From the NCBI GenBank assembly GCA_030704615.1, contig CM060731.1, forward strand, positions 68,510,001 to 68,574,000: a stretch of 64,000 nt of DNA. Direction: 5' to 3'. This stretch comes from Takakia lepidozioides (Eukaryota; Plantae; Bryophyta). Position 1 is the stretch's first letter, and each line of letters opens with the position of its first letter. Below the pieces are notes generated by a model. The model was given only the letters and a program-made list of their open reading frames with translations, had not been told where the DNA came from and made no database searches. Made by a program: the position numbers and the translations under genes. Of the stretch, positions 1 to 11,489 are shown in pieces.

Positions 1-31
1 CTCACATTGAGTGATACAGTGATGCACATAC

Positions 32-381
32 CTCGGAACCCGAGTCCTGGCCAAAAGGTAGTAGCGCTTCCCATCAGCTTCGAAGAAACATATATTCTCC
101 ACTATTGCAATCCACGGAACCTGGGCACAAAAAACATCACCTATACGCGGGATGGATTCTTACTTCTGCAAAGGTGACCTAGTTAGTCGTCAATGGCCAG
201 GACATTGATCCAACTAGTGAGTGAAGACTAAAAATGGAACAAAGAGATCCCTTATATTAAACCGAAAATCTGCAAGACAAGTTGAATACAATACCTTAAG
301 CTTTGAGAACATACGCACACCCTTTGCAAGATCAATAAATGCCAATTTATGTGGCGTTGTAACAATGAAAGCTGTTGTAAC
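32..381 (-). pseudogene. HCF101: HCF101 (Mrp/NBP35 Fe-S scaffold) fragment, two exons
   Basis: Exon 381-295 reads VTTAFIVTTPHKLAFIDLAKGVRMFSKLK. Exon 120-32 reads VPWIAIVENICFFEADGKRYY, then a 1-nt frameshift, then GQDSGSE. Both have AG/GT borders and match the recalled HCF101 segment TAAVIVTTPQKLAFIDVAKGVRMFSKLKVPCVAVVENMCHFDADGKRYYPFG. Upstream exons are absent. May continue left of the window. Confidence 0.8.
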
Positions 382-804
382 CTGCACTACGGGCCATGGC
401 GATAGGCCACCGACCATTACCATCGGAAACAAGCAAAGCTACACTGCCCACAGACAACAGCTCACTAGAAAGGTTCTGGCTCTATAGGAGAGACATTCAA
501 TGTCTTTGGTAGAGTAGTGAGGCAGCTGCCTGGCTGCGCTTTGAAGAACCATTATCAGGGCCTCGCTAGACGTCGAAATAGTCACCAGGGTGATTATCAT
601 CCAATACTTCTGGTATATCTGAGTTCCCACTAGACGGACATACCTTCTCTTCATATTTGACAAAGGGGTCACTTTTTTATTGCACACCAAAAAACCAGCC
701 ACACCCAAAAATGATAAAGCTCTACACTCCTTACGGAATATGCCAATGACCAAAAACTTGACAAAACCATTTCATGAAGTAAAAGACAGCAGGGCTTTTC
801 AAAC

Positions 805-899
805 CTGGTCCAAGAAATCTGTGAAGCTCTTTTACATCCGCAGTGTGTACTGCTCGGCTGTAATGTTGGTTCCTACACCAGACCCACTGAACTCATTCC
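805..899 (-). pseudogene. Heparanase-like (GH79) exon fragment
   Basis: AG/GT-bounded segment reading (G)NEFSGSGVGTNITAEQY, then a frameshift, then ADVKELHRFL. Resembles the plant GH79 GNELSGSGVG..SAEQY motif. Confidence 0.62.
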
Positions 900-3413
900 C
901 TGCACAAATGCATTGTAAACTCATCAACACACTACCTCCATGTGTTTTTACAGGGATCTCGATAATAATGAGCTGGAAGGACCTTTTCCAGCCTTCAATA
1001 AAAGCGAGAACCTCCTCCCATCTTCCAGTGCTTTCCACCAAGGTCCATACATAGGGCCTGCATATTTCGTGCACTACAAGAGATGAGCGTTTTTAGGACT
1101 ACGGCTTTGGCGGAGTCATAAAAACTGCACTAGGTATACGACTACAGACCGTTGAAATGCGTTGCAATCATAGTTTTATCACTCTGTAGTAATGGATATC
1201 ACTACATGACTCTGGAAAGTTAGGGAGCATTGGTCAAACATTGTTGACCACGATGACATGGATGGTTTATATGACTAGTGTGATATGTTTGACTACACGT
1301 GGATGAAGTTTCATGGAATCTTATGACTCCATGACTGAAGATGGTTTCACAGCTCTAATTATATGACTACATCACTACACGTGTCATTTTGAAGCCACAT
1401 ACACGAATGTATTCATCCATTGGACGAGTTCATCCACAACATGACATGACATGTAAACTTATGACTGCCTAAGTGCAGGTTGTTTCATAACCCTATATAT
1501 ATGACTATATCACTACACGTGTCATTTTAAAGGCATTTATATGATTCTATTACTACACGTGTCATTTTGAAGGCATATACATGAATGGATCCATCCATTG
1601 GATGAGCTCATCCATCCATGTTTACCACAAATTCCTATCAGCTTTGAATATGTGTGGGGATTTGATATATGTTCAATAAATTGGACCTGGATGGACGTGT
1701 CTTAACAAGCATCGCAAGATATATGAGATTAAGATACGCAAAGGTCATGGTTGTACATGGAAATTATTTTGAATCGATAGATTGTATAAGATCTAACAGT
1801 CTAGATTGTTTAAGATCTAACGGTTTAAGATTAGGTATATCAAACTTCATGAGCAAATTCGCTTAAGTCCGGGCTGAGAGTTTTGGCAGATGCAACAATA
1901 GAAGGGGATGATGATGGTAGTAGGATTTTAGCCTATGACCACTCGAATTAATCAAAGTGCAAAAAGTTAATTTTTTTTCAAAAAATTGCTTATAGGGTTC
2001 CCTGAACAAAGGCCTGGGACTTGGGTTTTTTTTTTTCTCCTGCGCCTGCGAGAGATGTTGTGTCATGGAACATGATGATGCTGGAGCGTGGATGGAGGCT
2101 TTGCAGACCTACCCACTCTTGAGCAAATGAAGGAGAAGAGGAGGAGGAGACGAGACAACTCCGATATCATCCGACATCTCTCGTCATCTCGTCGAGGAGG
2201 AGAAGCTCTCAATATTCTTGTGAGCTCGTCGTTTTTGGGAGAGAGACGAGACGAGGAGAAACTCGCCATTCTTGGGAGAGTCAGCTTGGTCTTAGCAGAC
2301 CGTGTTTCAATCTCTGCCTGCTTAGCTGCACCGTGGTGGTTCGATCTCACATACCAATCTGACATCACCTGACTACAGACACAAACAGCACACACAAGAG
2401 GTCATTTTGGGTTGATGGTCGGTCAAATCCTCCATGGGTCATGACACAAGGTCAAGAACAATGTGGTGAGGGCACCTTCTTCTTCAACCTATTTCAGCCT
2501 GTTTTGCCCTCTCATCAGACTCGGCCCTGAGATGCATATTGAATCCTGTAAGTTAGCTTGTTGGGCGGATTTGTGGTGGTTTAGAGTGACTTTGACAAGT
2601 TGCTGCCGATGTAGCAGCAGGAAAGTATCCAAAAATAAGTAACAAAGATGAGGAGAAGCTTTGGAATGAACACTTTTCCGACCCCAGTCAATGGCGGGAC
2701 AATGGAGACAAAAAGGTGAATGCCTGTTGGACTATACTAGAGAGAAGCAAATGCAATTCAGAATTGGAACTATTGTAATAATTAGGGTTGGGGTGTTTGC
2801 TGGAAGAACTTCACACCGTCAATGTCAGCTGCTTACATCAAGTATTCAAGATTTGTACACAGGCAGGGATAGCTGAAGGACCAGGGATAGAGGTCCAGAT
2901 TCATCCAAGAAGGCCGGATTTCAAACACAAGATTACTTCTGATTCCTTGTGGATCAACAGCTACAAGACATCTGCTAATGAGAAGATGGTCTGCTAATGA
3001 CGGCACCTTCTTCAACACATTTCACCCTGTTTTTCCCTCTTATCAGAATCGGCCCTAAATTTTCATGTTGAATTCTGCAAGTTAGCTGGTTGAGTGAACA
3101 TGGGATAGTTTGGAATGACTTTGACATGATACTGCCAATGTGACAACATGAAAGTATCCAAAAAGAGGTAACAGAGATGAGGAGAAGTTGTGGAATGAAT
3201 ATTTTTCTGACCCCAGTCAATGGTGGGACAACCGAGCCAAAAAGGTGAATGTCTGTCATGATTTTGATCACCAGTCATGTTGCGACCCGAGGCCCTGTTG
3301 TCTTGGGCTGACATGCAGGGCAGTGCTGAAAGTCTGGCTTTCCGCTGTAAAAGTAATGAACTTTTCATATTTTGGAGGTTAAGTGACCTGGTTGGGATTG
3401 CATCTTTGTGCAA

Positions 3414-3808
3414 GATCTTTCTACATGTTCAAGTGTGTGCCGGTTCCTACGAAGCATTGCATTTGATGAGGCCCTCTGGTCCAGGCTGTAAGTTTTCCTT
3501 CCAAAGCATTTTGTCCCCTTGGTTTTGCTGTCTAGGGCTGTGATCATGGCATTTATGCTTCTGATCTCGGCTGCCTCTACTGGTCAACAGAGCTAAAGAC
3601 CTAGATGGTTTTGTGGATTTTTTCGGTTCTCAGGTACATGATGATCTTGTGGTGGTGGATACATCGGTTGCAGACCAAGTGACAGCATGGCGGCGCAGCC
3701 AAAGCATGACTGACGTATATGCTGGTGATCATTGGTGCTCTGGTAGAACCTGAACGTACCATCAAATTGGTGACGTTTTCTTGTGCGAGAAAACTGGCAG
3801 AGTCCACA
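3414..3808 (+). pseudogene. F-box protein SKIP31-like fragment, two exons
   Basis: 3414-3487 reads DLSTCSSVCRFLRSIAFDEALWSRL|GT (end of an F-box). 3634-3808 reads VHDDLVVVDTSVADQVTAWRRSQSMTDVYAGDHWCSGRT*TYHQIGDVFLCEKTGRVH|GT, matching the SKIP31 motif HxCSGxxCxYxQIGDVFxCEKTGxVH with a stop in place of a conserved Cys. Intervening exons are missing. Confidence 0.78.
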
Positions 3809-3882
3809 GTACTGTTCCTACCTATACTCAGACTTTGCCAACCTCCAATATTCAACCTTTGTGCACAGTTTAGATTCTGAAC

Positions 3883-4052
3883 ATTGCCCCTGCCCTGGTG
3901 GACATGTATGCCAAATGTGGGTGCATCGCGGATGCCAAGGGAGTGTTCAACACTATGGCTGAACGAGATGTGGTGTCGTGGAGTGCGATGCTTGCAGGGT
4001 AGGGGGTGCGGGATGGAGGCCTTGGAGACCTATGAGCAAATGATGGGGGAAG
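3883..4052 (+). pseudogene. PLS-class PPR motif fragment
   Basis: Reads IAPALVDMYAKCGCIADAKGVFNTMAERDVVSWSAMLAG*, then shifts frame to GCGMEALETYEQMMGEG. A typical S/P motif pair. Confidence 0.82.
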
Positions 4053-5849
4053 GGGGCTCGTTCTTCAATAGCACAGTGGCTACAAGTGGGTAGATGGTCA
4101 ACTGGAAACAGCAGCGGCAGCAGCACAATTCATAGAATAAGGTGCTGCTAATGAAGGTACCTTCTTCACCGTATTTCACCCTGTTTTCCCCTGCTATCAG
4201 AGTCGTCCCTAAATTTTCATGTTGAATTCTGCAAGTTAGCTCGTTGGTGGATCTATGGTGGTTTTGGAGTGATTTTGATATGTTACTACCAATGTGGTCG
4301 ACAGGAAAGTATCGAAAAATAGATAACAAAGACTCGAGGAGAAGCTCTGGAATGAATACGTTTCCGACCTCAGTCAATGGTGGAACAATCGAGGCAAAAG
4401 GTGAATGTTTTTTGGAAGCAGACGTAAGTCAGCATAGGAACTAGTTTGATAAGTAGGGTTGGGGTGTTTGCTCAAGCAATTCTAGGCTATCATTCTCAGC
4501 TGCTAGCAGCAAGGCGAGGATGTATGCATGATTTGTGCAGGGGCATGGATAACTGAAGGAGCAGGGATAGAGTGTGGGTCCAGATTCATCCAAGAGGGCC
4601 GGATTTCAAGCTCCAGATTACCTATGATTCCCTGTGGAAGGATAGGTACAAGAAACCTGCATGGGTCGATGGTCAACTGGAAGCTGCAGCAACAGCGACA
4701 CAATTGATCAAATCAGGCACTGTTAATCAAGGCACATTCTTCAACACATTTCACCCTGTTTTTCTCTCTTATCAGAATCGACCGTATCAAGAAGTATTGC
4801 CCTGTTTAACAGGGTCCTTGATTCTAGTAGCACCAGAACAAACTAGTACTACAACCCATGTGTGTGGGCTTGCTTATTTTTTGCTTACTGGGCCTTTTCA
4901 GGCATGGATTTTTGGACCCTGTGGCCTTTGAGGTAACCATTGGGACAGTGGTCTCATTTGGATTTTTGTAATATAATTTACAGGGCGTGTATTCCCCTGT
5001 ACTTGTCTATTTTGACTGTCATTGTGGTTGCTAGTATGCAAGAGGGGTCCATTCTGTTTTTATCTCGGAATTTCACCATGTAATGAAGAATTTAAATCAT
5101 TTAATCTATTTTATTTTATATAACATTATTAAATTAAACAATAATACCATTTAATAAAAAATTCCAAACTGCTATCCCCCTGTTTTTAAAAATAAAATAT
5201 AAATTTAATAATTTAAAATTATAAATATAAACTATTAAGTTATTTTCAAAGAACATTCTTGATGACATGTGGCATAAACCCTGCTCGAACTAGAATACGT
5301 GGCATTATATGACACAACATTCTTTTATCCATATTTTCACCATGTGTAAAGATAAGTAGTCATATATGTTAGTCATATATTCTGTCTAAGTGCCACATGT
5401 CACATCTGGAGTGCAACAGGTGTTGTGACGTGTTGCTTGGGTAGTGGTGCACATGTTCATCTAGAGCCTCTCCATGTAGGCAACGCTCAGCAGACAATGT
5501 AGTCATATAGTTAGTCATATGTAAGTCATAGAGTTGTGACTACATCACTCTCTTATGCATGACTCCAGGTGCCACGCATGCAGTCACGGCTATGACTTGC
5601 AAAACGCAGTCCTAAAGACTAGTCGCTATGACAGGGCTTTTTTCACTACAGAGTGATGTAGTCATGAACGCATATAGGACTGAAAAAATAGTCATATGTG
5701 CAGTCATAAAAACGCTCATCTGTTGTAGTGGTGCCTCCCTGGCCTGGTTACCGTGTAGGGCCCCCTTTCCAACAAAACAGTCAGAGTCCATACCCCTCTA
5801 TTTCCTACCCTACTCCTTATTTGAATTGTGCACCAGCACAGGCTCCCGC

Positions 5850-6455
5850 CCAACCCTCTCCACTGCTCTTCAATGTTTTCATTAATGAGCTCCTTGGAGA
5901 TGTGGAAAGCGAGGGATTTGAGTTAAAAGTGGGTGACAACTATGTTTGTGAATGACTTCGTGGGACTAGGGGATACCCCCATCCAATCTTCAGGAGTTGA
6001 TTGAGTGTGCAAAGAGGTACTTCGACATGTGGAGGCTAGAAGCCAATGTCAGTAAATGTGCAGTGGTGGCCTTCAATGATTGTGGGGACGGAGGAGGGAG
6101 TAATGTTCGAACAAAACGAAGTTAGGCTTAAGACTTCCCTGCACTTGTTTCCAGTTTGTGACACGGGTGAGGACCTTAAGGATGATATGAAGGGCCTACC
6201 TACCACCGGCACTAGACTGAAAACTAAACTCATGTACCGGTTGGGGAGTTTGCCTTTGAACAATAAACATATGCAGAGAGGAAAGGGAGATAGGCAATGC
6301 CCAATGTGTGGGCGGCCTGAAGACAATATCCCAAGTTCTGATACAATGTCCCTGGGATTCCCATCAGAGAGTGGCCCTCTTCAGAACCAACAAGAACATA
6401 GTCCCTGCACCAGCTTTCAAAATCTCGAGGCTGAGCCTAAAGCCCTGGCCTGTTC
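5850..6455 (+). mobile_element. Internally deleted RTE-X-like LINE fragment
   Basis: SPLLFNVFINELL (RT region), then NEVRLKTSLHLFPVCD...CPMCGRPED. Same family as the copies at 13.5-14.3 kb and 30-32 kb. Confidence 0.8.
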
Positions 6456-6664
6456 GGGTCTAATTGCTGGGCAGCAATGTGAAGGGCTTTCTAGAGGAAA
6501 TCTGGAAAACTTAAACCAATCACAATCTTACTCTAGAGTAAAACTCAGAATTTGGTATGGCAGGAGAAGCACAAGCCCAGAAAAATGTTTTAAACGACAC
6601 AGACCAACACACGAAGGGATTCTACATCAACTTTCAGACATGGGAGTGGGCAGAAATTTTGCAC

Positions 6665-6752
6665 CAGCCATAGCTGGTGTGGCTCGTACTCCAGGGGAGA
6701 GAGAATACACAATGGGCCTCCCTGTATCTGCAATTGCCTGTCAAGCAGCCTC
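6665..6752 (-). pseudogene. Alpha-galactosidase/melibiase (GH27) exon fragment
   Basis: After TTTGCAG the minus strand reads EAA*QAIADTGRPIVYSLSPGVRATPAMAG, resembling the plant GH27 motif RPIxYSLSPGxxxTPxMA. Confidence 0.62.
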
Positions 6753-6899
6753 CTGCAAATAAGTTTCCAAAAAATACTTGACCATGCAACTAACCAGAAC
6801 GTGTATACAAGATGCCTACTACCTATTTAACATGTAGGTGTTCATTACTACAAAATAATCAAGAGATACGAACAACACCTCAAACACAGCAGAGGGGTC

Positions 6900-7310
6900 T
6901 GACTTTTAGGCTGCTCAGACACAACAGATTGAGAGATTGCCGGCGAGGATAATGCACCATAACGTTGCAATCCTTAGTCAGTTTCTTGACCTCTTTCACT
7001 GGGAACAGGGCACAGCCAAGCATACAGAGCGTGTACTCCTTCTCTGTTTCTATAGAGACGCCCTCCAATTCGATGCTCATTTGCGAGAAACCAGGGGTCA
7101 TCTCAAAGCGGGGGTGAATGCCCCCTCCATAGAAGATGCTTCTCTGGGATGTAATTGCCAACTGAAGTACAGCCGAGTACACCCGAGACATTAAAAATGT
7201 TCTTCGAACCTCCTGCATTCTTATTCAACTGCACATCTATAAGCGAGAATGTTGCCAGCTGCACCGGTGTCGTTGCTCCGATTCATTCAAAGTGGGGTAT
7301 CTGGGAATTG
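6900..7310 (-). pseudogene. DUF2921-family protein N-terminal fragment
   Basis: Frameshifted translation TPVQLATFSLIDV...NIFNVSGVL / LAITSQ...RFEMTPGFSQMSIELEGVSIETEKEYTLCMLGCALFP...VMVHYPRRQSL. Resembles recalled plant DUF2921 motifs (NVSGxL, FEGxYxE, LCMLG, LxxxYP). Confidence 0.55.
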
Positions 7311-7364
7311 AATCTCTCATTGACGAATTTGCTTCTGGGAGTGGATTGTAGAGCATAATGGGCT

Positions 7365-7600
7365 TGGTGACGTGATGGCGATGGCGTGGCGTGATGACGA
7401 TGACGTGGCTGAAGACAGTGATGTGGCTGACGACGACGATGTGGCGTGAAGACGATGACGTGGCTGGAGACACTGACGTGGCTGATGACGACGATATGGC
7501 GTGAAGACGATGACGTGGCTGACTATGACGATGTGGCGTGACGATGATGACGTGGTTACGATGGTGTGGCTACGATGACGTGGTGACGATGACGTGGAAC
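7365..7600. repeat. Degenerate tandem array of GAC/GAT-rich units containing GATGACGTGG
   Basis: At least 7 copies of TGACGTGG, interleaved with GATGTGGC variants. TATAAATA at ~7657 and a poly-G run at ~7674-7692. Confidence 0.85.
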
Positions 7601-7669
7601 TATGGCACCCTATTCCTGCTCTACGCAAAAACTAGTCTCCCACCTTCAATTGTCGTTATAAATACAGGC

Positions 7670-10560
7670 ACAAGGGGGGGGGGGGGGGGGGGTGGGAATT
7701 TGACTGCGGCCTCCGCCAAGGACGTCCCGTCTCCGGCAAGCCCCGACGACCGTACCAGTTAGCTCGCACGCTGGCATTCAACTCCCATCCTATGGCTAGT
7801 GTGTTCCGGGTGAAATTAACTGAATGAAAAAGTGACTCCACTGAGCAAAGCAAATTAAACGGAAGGATCATGCCACTCTCATTTTATAATAATAGCGAGT
7901 TGAATGCAAGCGCGCGAGCTGACAGCACGGCCGCGCGCCTGGACGAGGGCGGCCCCCCCCCCCAGCCCGCAGCTGTGCGTGGTCTCCCCAGCCCGCCTGT
8001 GCCGCGGCCCCTGCACCGCCCGGGGTCCGTCGCACGGCCAGTCCGCTGCGTTAAGTCTGCCGGGGAGGTCTGCTCTGCCACTCCGCTCTGCCATGCGCCA
8101 GCGGACTGCCATCCAATCCGCTGCCGGCGCCAGATCGGGGCCGTCCGTCCGAGAGCCCATCCTTGCCCTCTAATCTAGGGCGCCATGCCACCGCTCATTT
8201 GCGGATTGCCATCAGCATGTCTCTATTTTTGGTCTGAAACTGCGGCAGGTGCGCACGGGAGGCGTTGCCTTCCACGGTGTTGTTCGTTTTCGTGATCTTG
8301 AAGGTTCGGAGAGGAGTGGCAGCCCTACAGCCCCCATCGTGCATATGCTTCCACTATTTCATCATCTTTTTGTGCTGCAAGACCTGTTCTTGGCGATTAA
8401 ATTGTACATGTCATTCGTTTGGGCCACTTGGTCGGGTCCCTATGAATGGCGAATGAGGGGGCTCTTTCCAATGAGTGAACTGATTAAACATGCCTGCCTA
8501 AACATGTCATTAGTAAACATTGCTTTATGGTGTTCTTAAATTTTAGAGTATTCATGGTGTGCTGGAAGCATCCGTCAGTCACTTCACCTCTGCAGTCCGC
8601 AACGGAAACCATGGGCAAGATGATAGCGAAAATCGACGGAGCATATGCACATGAGGGCATGTAAACATTGCAGATTCCGTATCCAGCGTTGGAATTGCTA
8701 TGGTCTGTTTGTAGTTAGTGACTGTGAGTCTTCCTCAAGTGTGTATTTTGGGTTGTGATATCGTGAGTCTGTTGAACCGAGACCTGATTTCGACCATGGG
8801 CCTCCTTGTACATATGTGCGGTTCGACAGTCCTTTTTCTGTCCTTCAAATTGTGGGTCCTTTGGAGTATGTTTTCGTGAGTCTGTTGTGCGAAACAGTTT
8901 CATCATGGATGTGCAGCCAAAACGTGTGTGTTCGAGCTTTGCGTCTCTGAGTCTGTTGTACTTGTCAGTCTTTTGGCCTCTCATTTGGTCTGTTTGTTGC
9001 ACCGTCAGTGTAGTCTGTTCGTCCGTCGATAGTCTGCTTTGTCTGTGCTAGTGTAGTCTACCGGCAGTCTATTGCAGATGGCGACCGAACTATCAGTCTG
9101 TTGAGCAGCCAGTTTGTTGACCGACATTGTGCTCTCTCTTGCAGTCAGTCCGTTGATCGTCAATCTGTTCCTCCGGCGGACTGTTGAGAACAACACGATA
9201 GGCGGTGTTTTCGGCCGTCCGCCTGTTGTGCCGACTGTGGTGAGTCTGTTATGCCATTCATGTCCAGCACGCAGTCTATCTCAGATGCGCGCTGAAGACG
9301 CAACCTGTACCCGATGTCTGGTGGACACGAGGTCTGCTAGACCGTCGGATCCAGCAGACCTTTTAAATGCCGTGACGGCGGTGACGGCGTCAATGAATGC
9401 GCGCCATGTCGAGCCGGCGAGACTGCATGTCCGGTCTGGTGTCTGCGTGGCCTCCAACTTCACCTTCCCGCCTTCTCACCATTTGTCTGAACGTCCTTCT
9501 TTCTTGCGCGCACGCAGATGTGGAGCATCCTGTAGTTCCAACCGTCGCGCACACCGTTGCTCCCATTGCGTTCGTAGGCAGTTGTGTTCGTCATCCTTGT
9601 CATTGTCTCCTTCTCTTCTCTTTCTGTCATCGTCTTTATCCTCGCAGAGAGTCATTTGTAATCGTTCTTTGTAGTCCTCTTTGCAGTGTGTTCTTTGCAG
9701 TCTGTCTTTTGTTGTCGTCTTTGCAGTCTGTTCTTCAAAGTCTTTCTTGCAGGTCTTCTGTGTTATAAGAGGCGATGGAAGATGCTTGTGCGAAGGGTGG
9801 ACCAGATTGGATGGAGTTTGTGCACATGACGCGGAATAGGCTTTTGGGTCTTTGTGGATCTAACACCAGTAGCAGCGAGTATGTGGATGAAAAGATGATT
9901 GATCTGCAAGTTGCGAAGATACTGGTACTCACCAATGGAGTACGATCGTAAAATAGTGGAAGCATGTGTGGATCTGAAGGTTGCAAGGTCGGAAAACCCT
10001 GAATGGAAGAAGGATAGGCTCAAGTGTCATTTTTGTGAAGAGAACATAAAGGACAAAATCCAGTTAAACCGGCATTGTGTGGACACGGGATGCAAGGCCA
10101 CCATTCCTCCTGATTTCAAGCCCTGGTCCATATCAGTGTCACAGAAAGCATGAGACGACGATGTTTTCAGAACCCGCGGCGCAAACCCAATCCCTCGAAG
10201 TTGTGAAGAATTGCGCCAACGGTACCGGCGGGCTGCTGGAAGGGTGGCTGGAACGGGTTTGGAGGAAGTACCTCCCCGCAAACAAAAACTCAGTGATGGG
10301 GCCGCAAAGAAGGCCCAAGCGAAAGCGGCAAGGTCTGCTCGCGATGCAAGCATGGCTTCCCAGCCGGGGGGTCCGTCCCAAACGGGGCTGCCCCGAAGGT
10401 CCCGGCAGACTATACCCATCAGCGACTCAAGTGAGTCTGCCGATGTTCCCACTCGGCGGTCTGCTGGCTCGACAGAGAATGTCATCCGCAACAAATCAGC
10501 CCTATGTGTAATATCTTTTGCAAGCTATACGACTAGCAGCTTGGAGCCATGCTAGAATCA
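7670..10560. mobile_element. Degenerate transposon-like region, possibly Mutator-related
   Basis: GC-rich 5' part. Minus-strand TNNTVEG (~8270-8300) resembles the MULE TNNxxE motif. ORF 9899-10153 contains CHFC..HC. 8330-8365 resembles the reverse complement of 9945-9985. No termini identified. Confidence 0.3.
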
Positions 10561-10580
10561 TCTTTAGGCTTTTACAATGA

Positions 10581-11222
10581 TGTAGATGCAGCCAGCCCAA
10601 TAATTAACACCCAGTTCCACGTAATTAGAATGTCTTCATAGTACCCGTTTGAAGCATAAAAATTTGGGATTAGTCTCATTTATCAAGGTGGGCTGGCATC
10701 CCTAGCTTTAAGAGGGTCAGTGTCTCACAGACTCTACTCCTACTGCTTTACTTATCCATATACCCCAAAAGGACCACCATATTGAACTTCGAATCCATCA
10801 CATTTTCTTGGATATTGTTCGCTGTAGTCGTCATAGTATATTTTGTAGTACAATAATTGTAAAATAGAAACTGTCATTGCCTTGGTGACCTATGATACGT
10901 GACTACTTCATGGCATGTGGAATTGGGAATTCAAACCTTGTACCATATCACCGAGACAATGACATTTTCTTTTTATAATTGTTGTATCACACCACCAAGA
11001 TAAATAAAATATTGTGTACACATCAAAGTCACTGAGGAGGATGTCATAGATGTAGATGCCCGCCCATTAATAAACACCTAGTTCCGTCCAGTAATCAGGT
11101 TGTACATTTCATGTGACTGCTTGAAAGTTCCCTAAGCATGAAAAATTGGACCGAGCCTCATTTATCAAGTGGGCTGGCACCCACAACTAGCTTTGTAAAG
11201 GGTCAGTGTCTCGCAGACTCTA
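10581..11222. repeat. Two copies of a ~160-bp MITE-like repeat flanking a ~140-bp inverted repeat
   Basis: TGTAGATGC..GCCC ... GGGCTGGCA...GGGTCAGTGTCTC at 10581-10735 and 11050-11222. Hairpin TACAATAATTGTAAAATAGAAACTGTCATTG ... CAATGACATTTTCTTTTTATAATTGTTGTA at ~10849-10986. Confidence 0.6.
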
Positions 11223-11489
11223 TTAATATTACTTTATTTATCCATATATTGATCAAATAAGATAGTTGAGAATGTTTAAGTGTTTAGACGTAAAGGGAAA
11301 ACAAAGTAAACTACATATGATTTGACATGAAAATTTATTTTAAATGCTCAAGCACATTCAATGTAAGATCGTTAGAATACTTCTAAAAAATGGTTTTGGT
11401 TTTTGTGGTGAGCACGTTTCAATTTATACTAGGGTAGCCTGTGCCGTTGGCCCATGCATGAAGAATTAAGAAAAAAAACCCTTGATTTT

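Larger units (their letters stand above)
2620..4730 (+). pseudogene. Tandem, intron-containing PDF-motif modules (OSB-type organellar ssDNA-binding motif)
   Basis: Exon A (..KLWNEYFSDPSQWWDNRAKK|GT and variants) at ~2620-2716, ~3150-3244 and ~4304-4400. Exon B (AG|IHPRxPDFK..TxDSLW) at ~2899-2990 and ~4583-4730, the last continuing PAWVDGQL. Intron sequences are repeated too. Matches the OSB PDF consensus WxxFFxxPxxWWDNRxxKxxPxxPDFKHKxTxxxLW. The third exon A is frameshifted. Confidence 0.78.
1072..5730. mobile_element. Non-autonomous CACTA (En/Spm) element carrying captured gene fragments (Pack-CACTA)
   Basis: Left end CACTACAAGAGATGAGCGTTTTTA at 1072; right end TAAAAACGCTCATCTGTTGTAGTG ending 5730. 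3-bp TSD GTG at 1069-1071 and 5731-5733. Subterminal ATGACTA/TAGTCAT repeats at 1100-1560 and 5350-5710. No transposase ORF recognised inside. Confidence 0.93.

Noticed and set aside
6046-6762. 238-aa ORF as a gene
   Set aside because: Read-through of a deleted LINE fragment into unrelated sequence that is antisense to the GH27 fragment.
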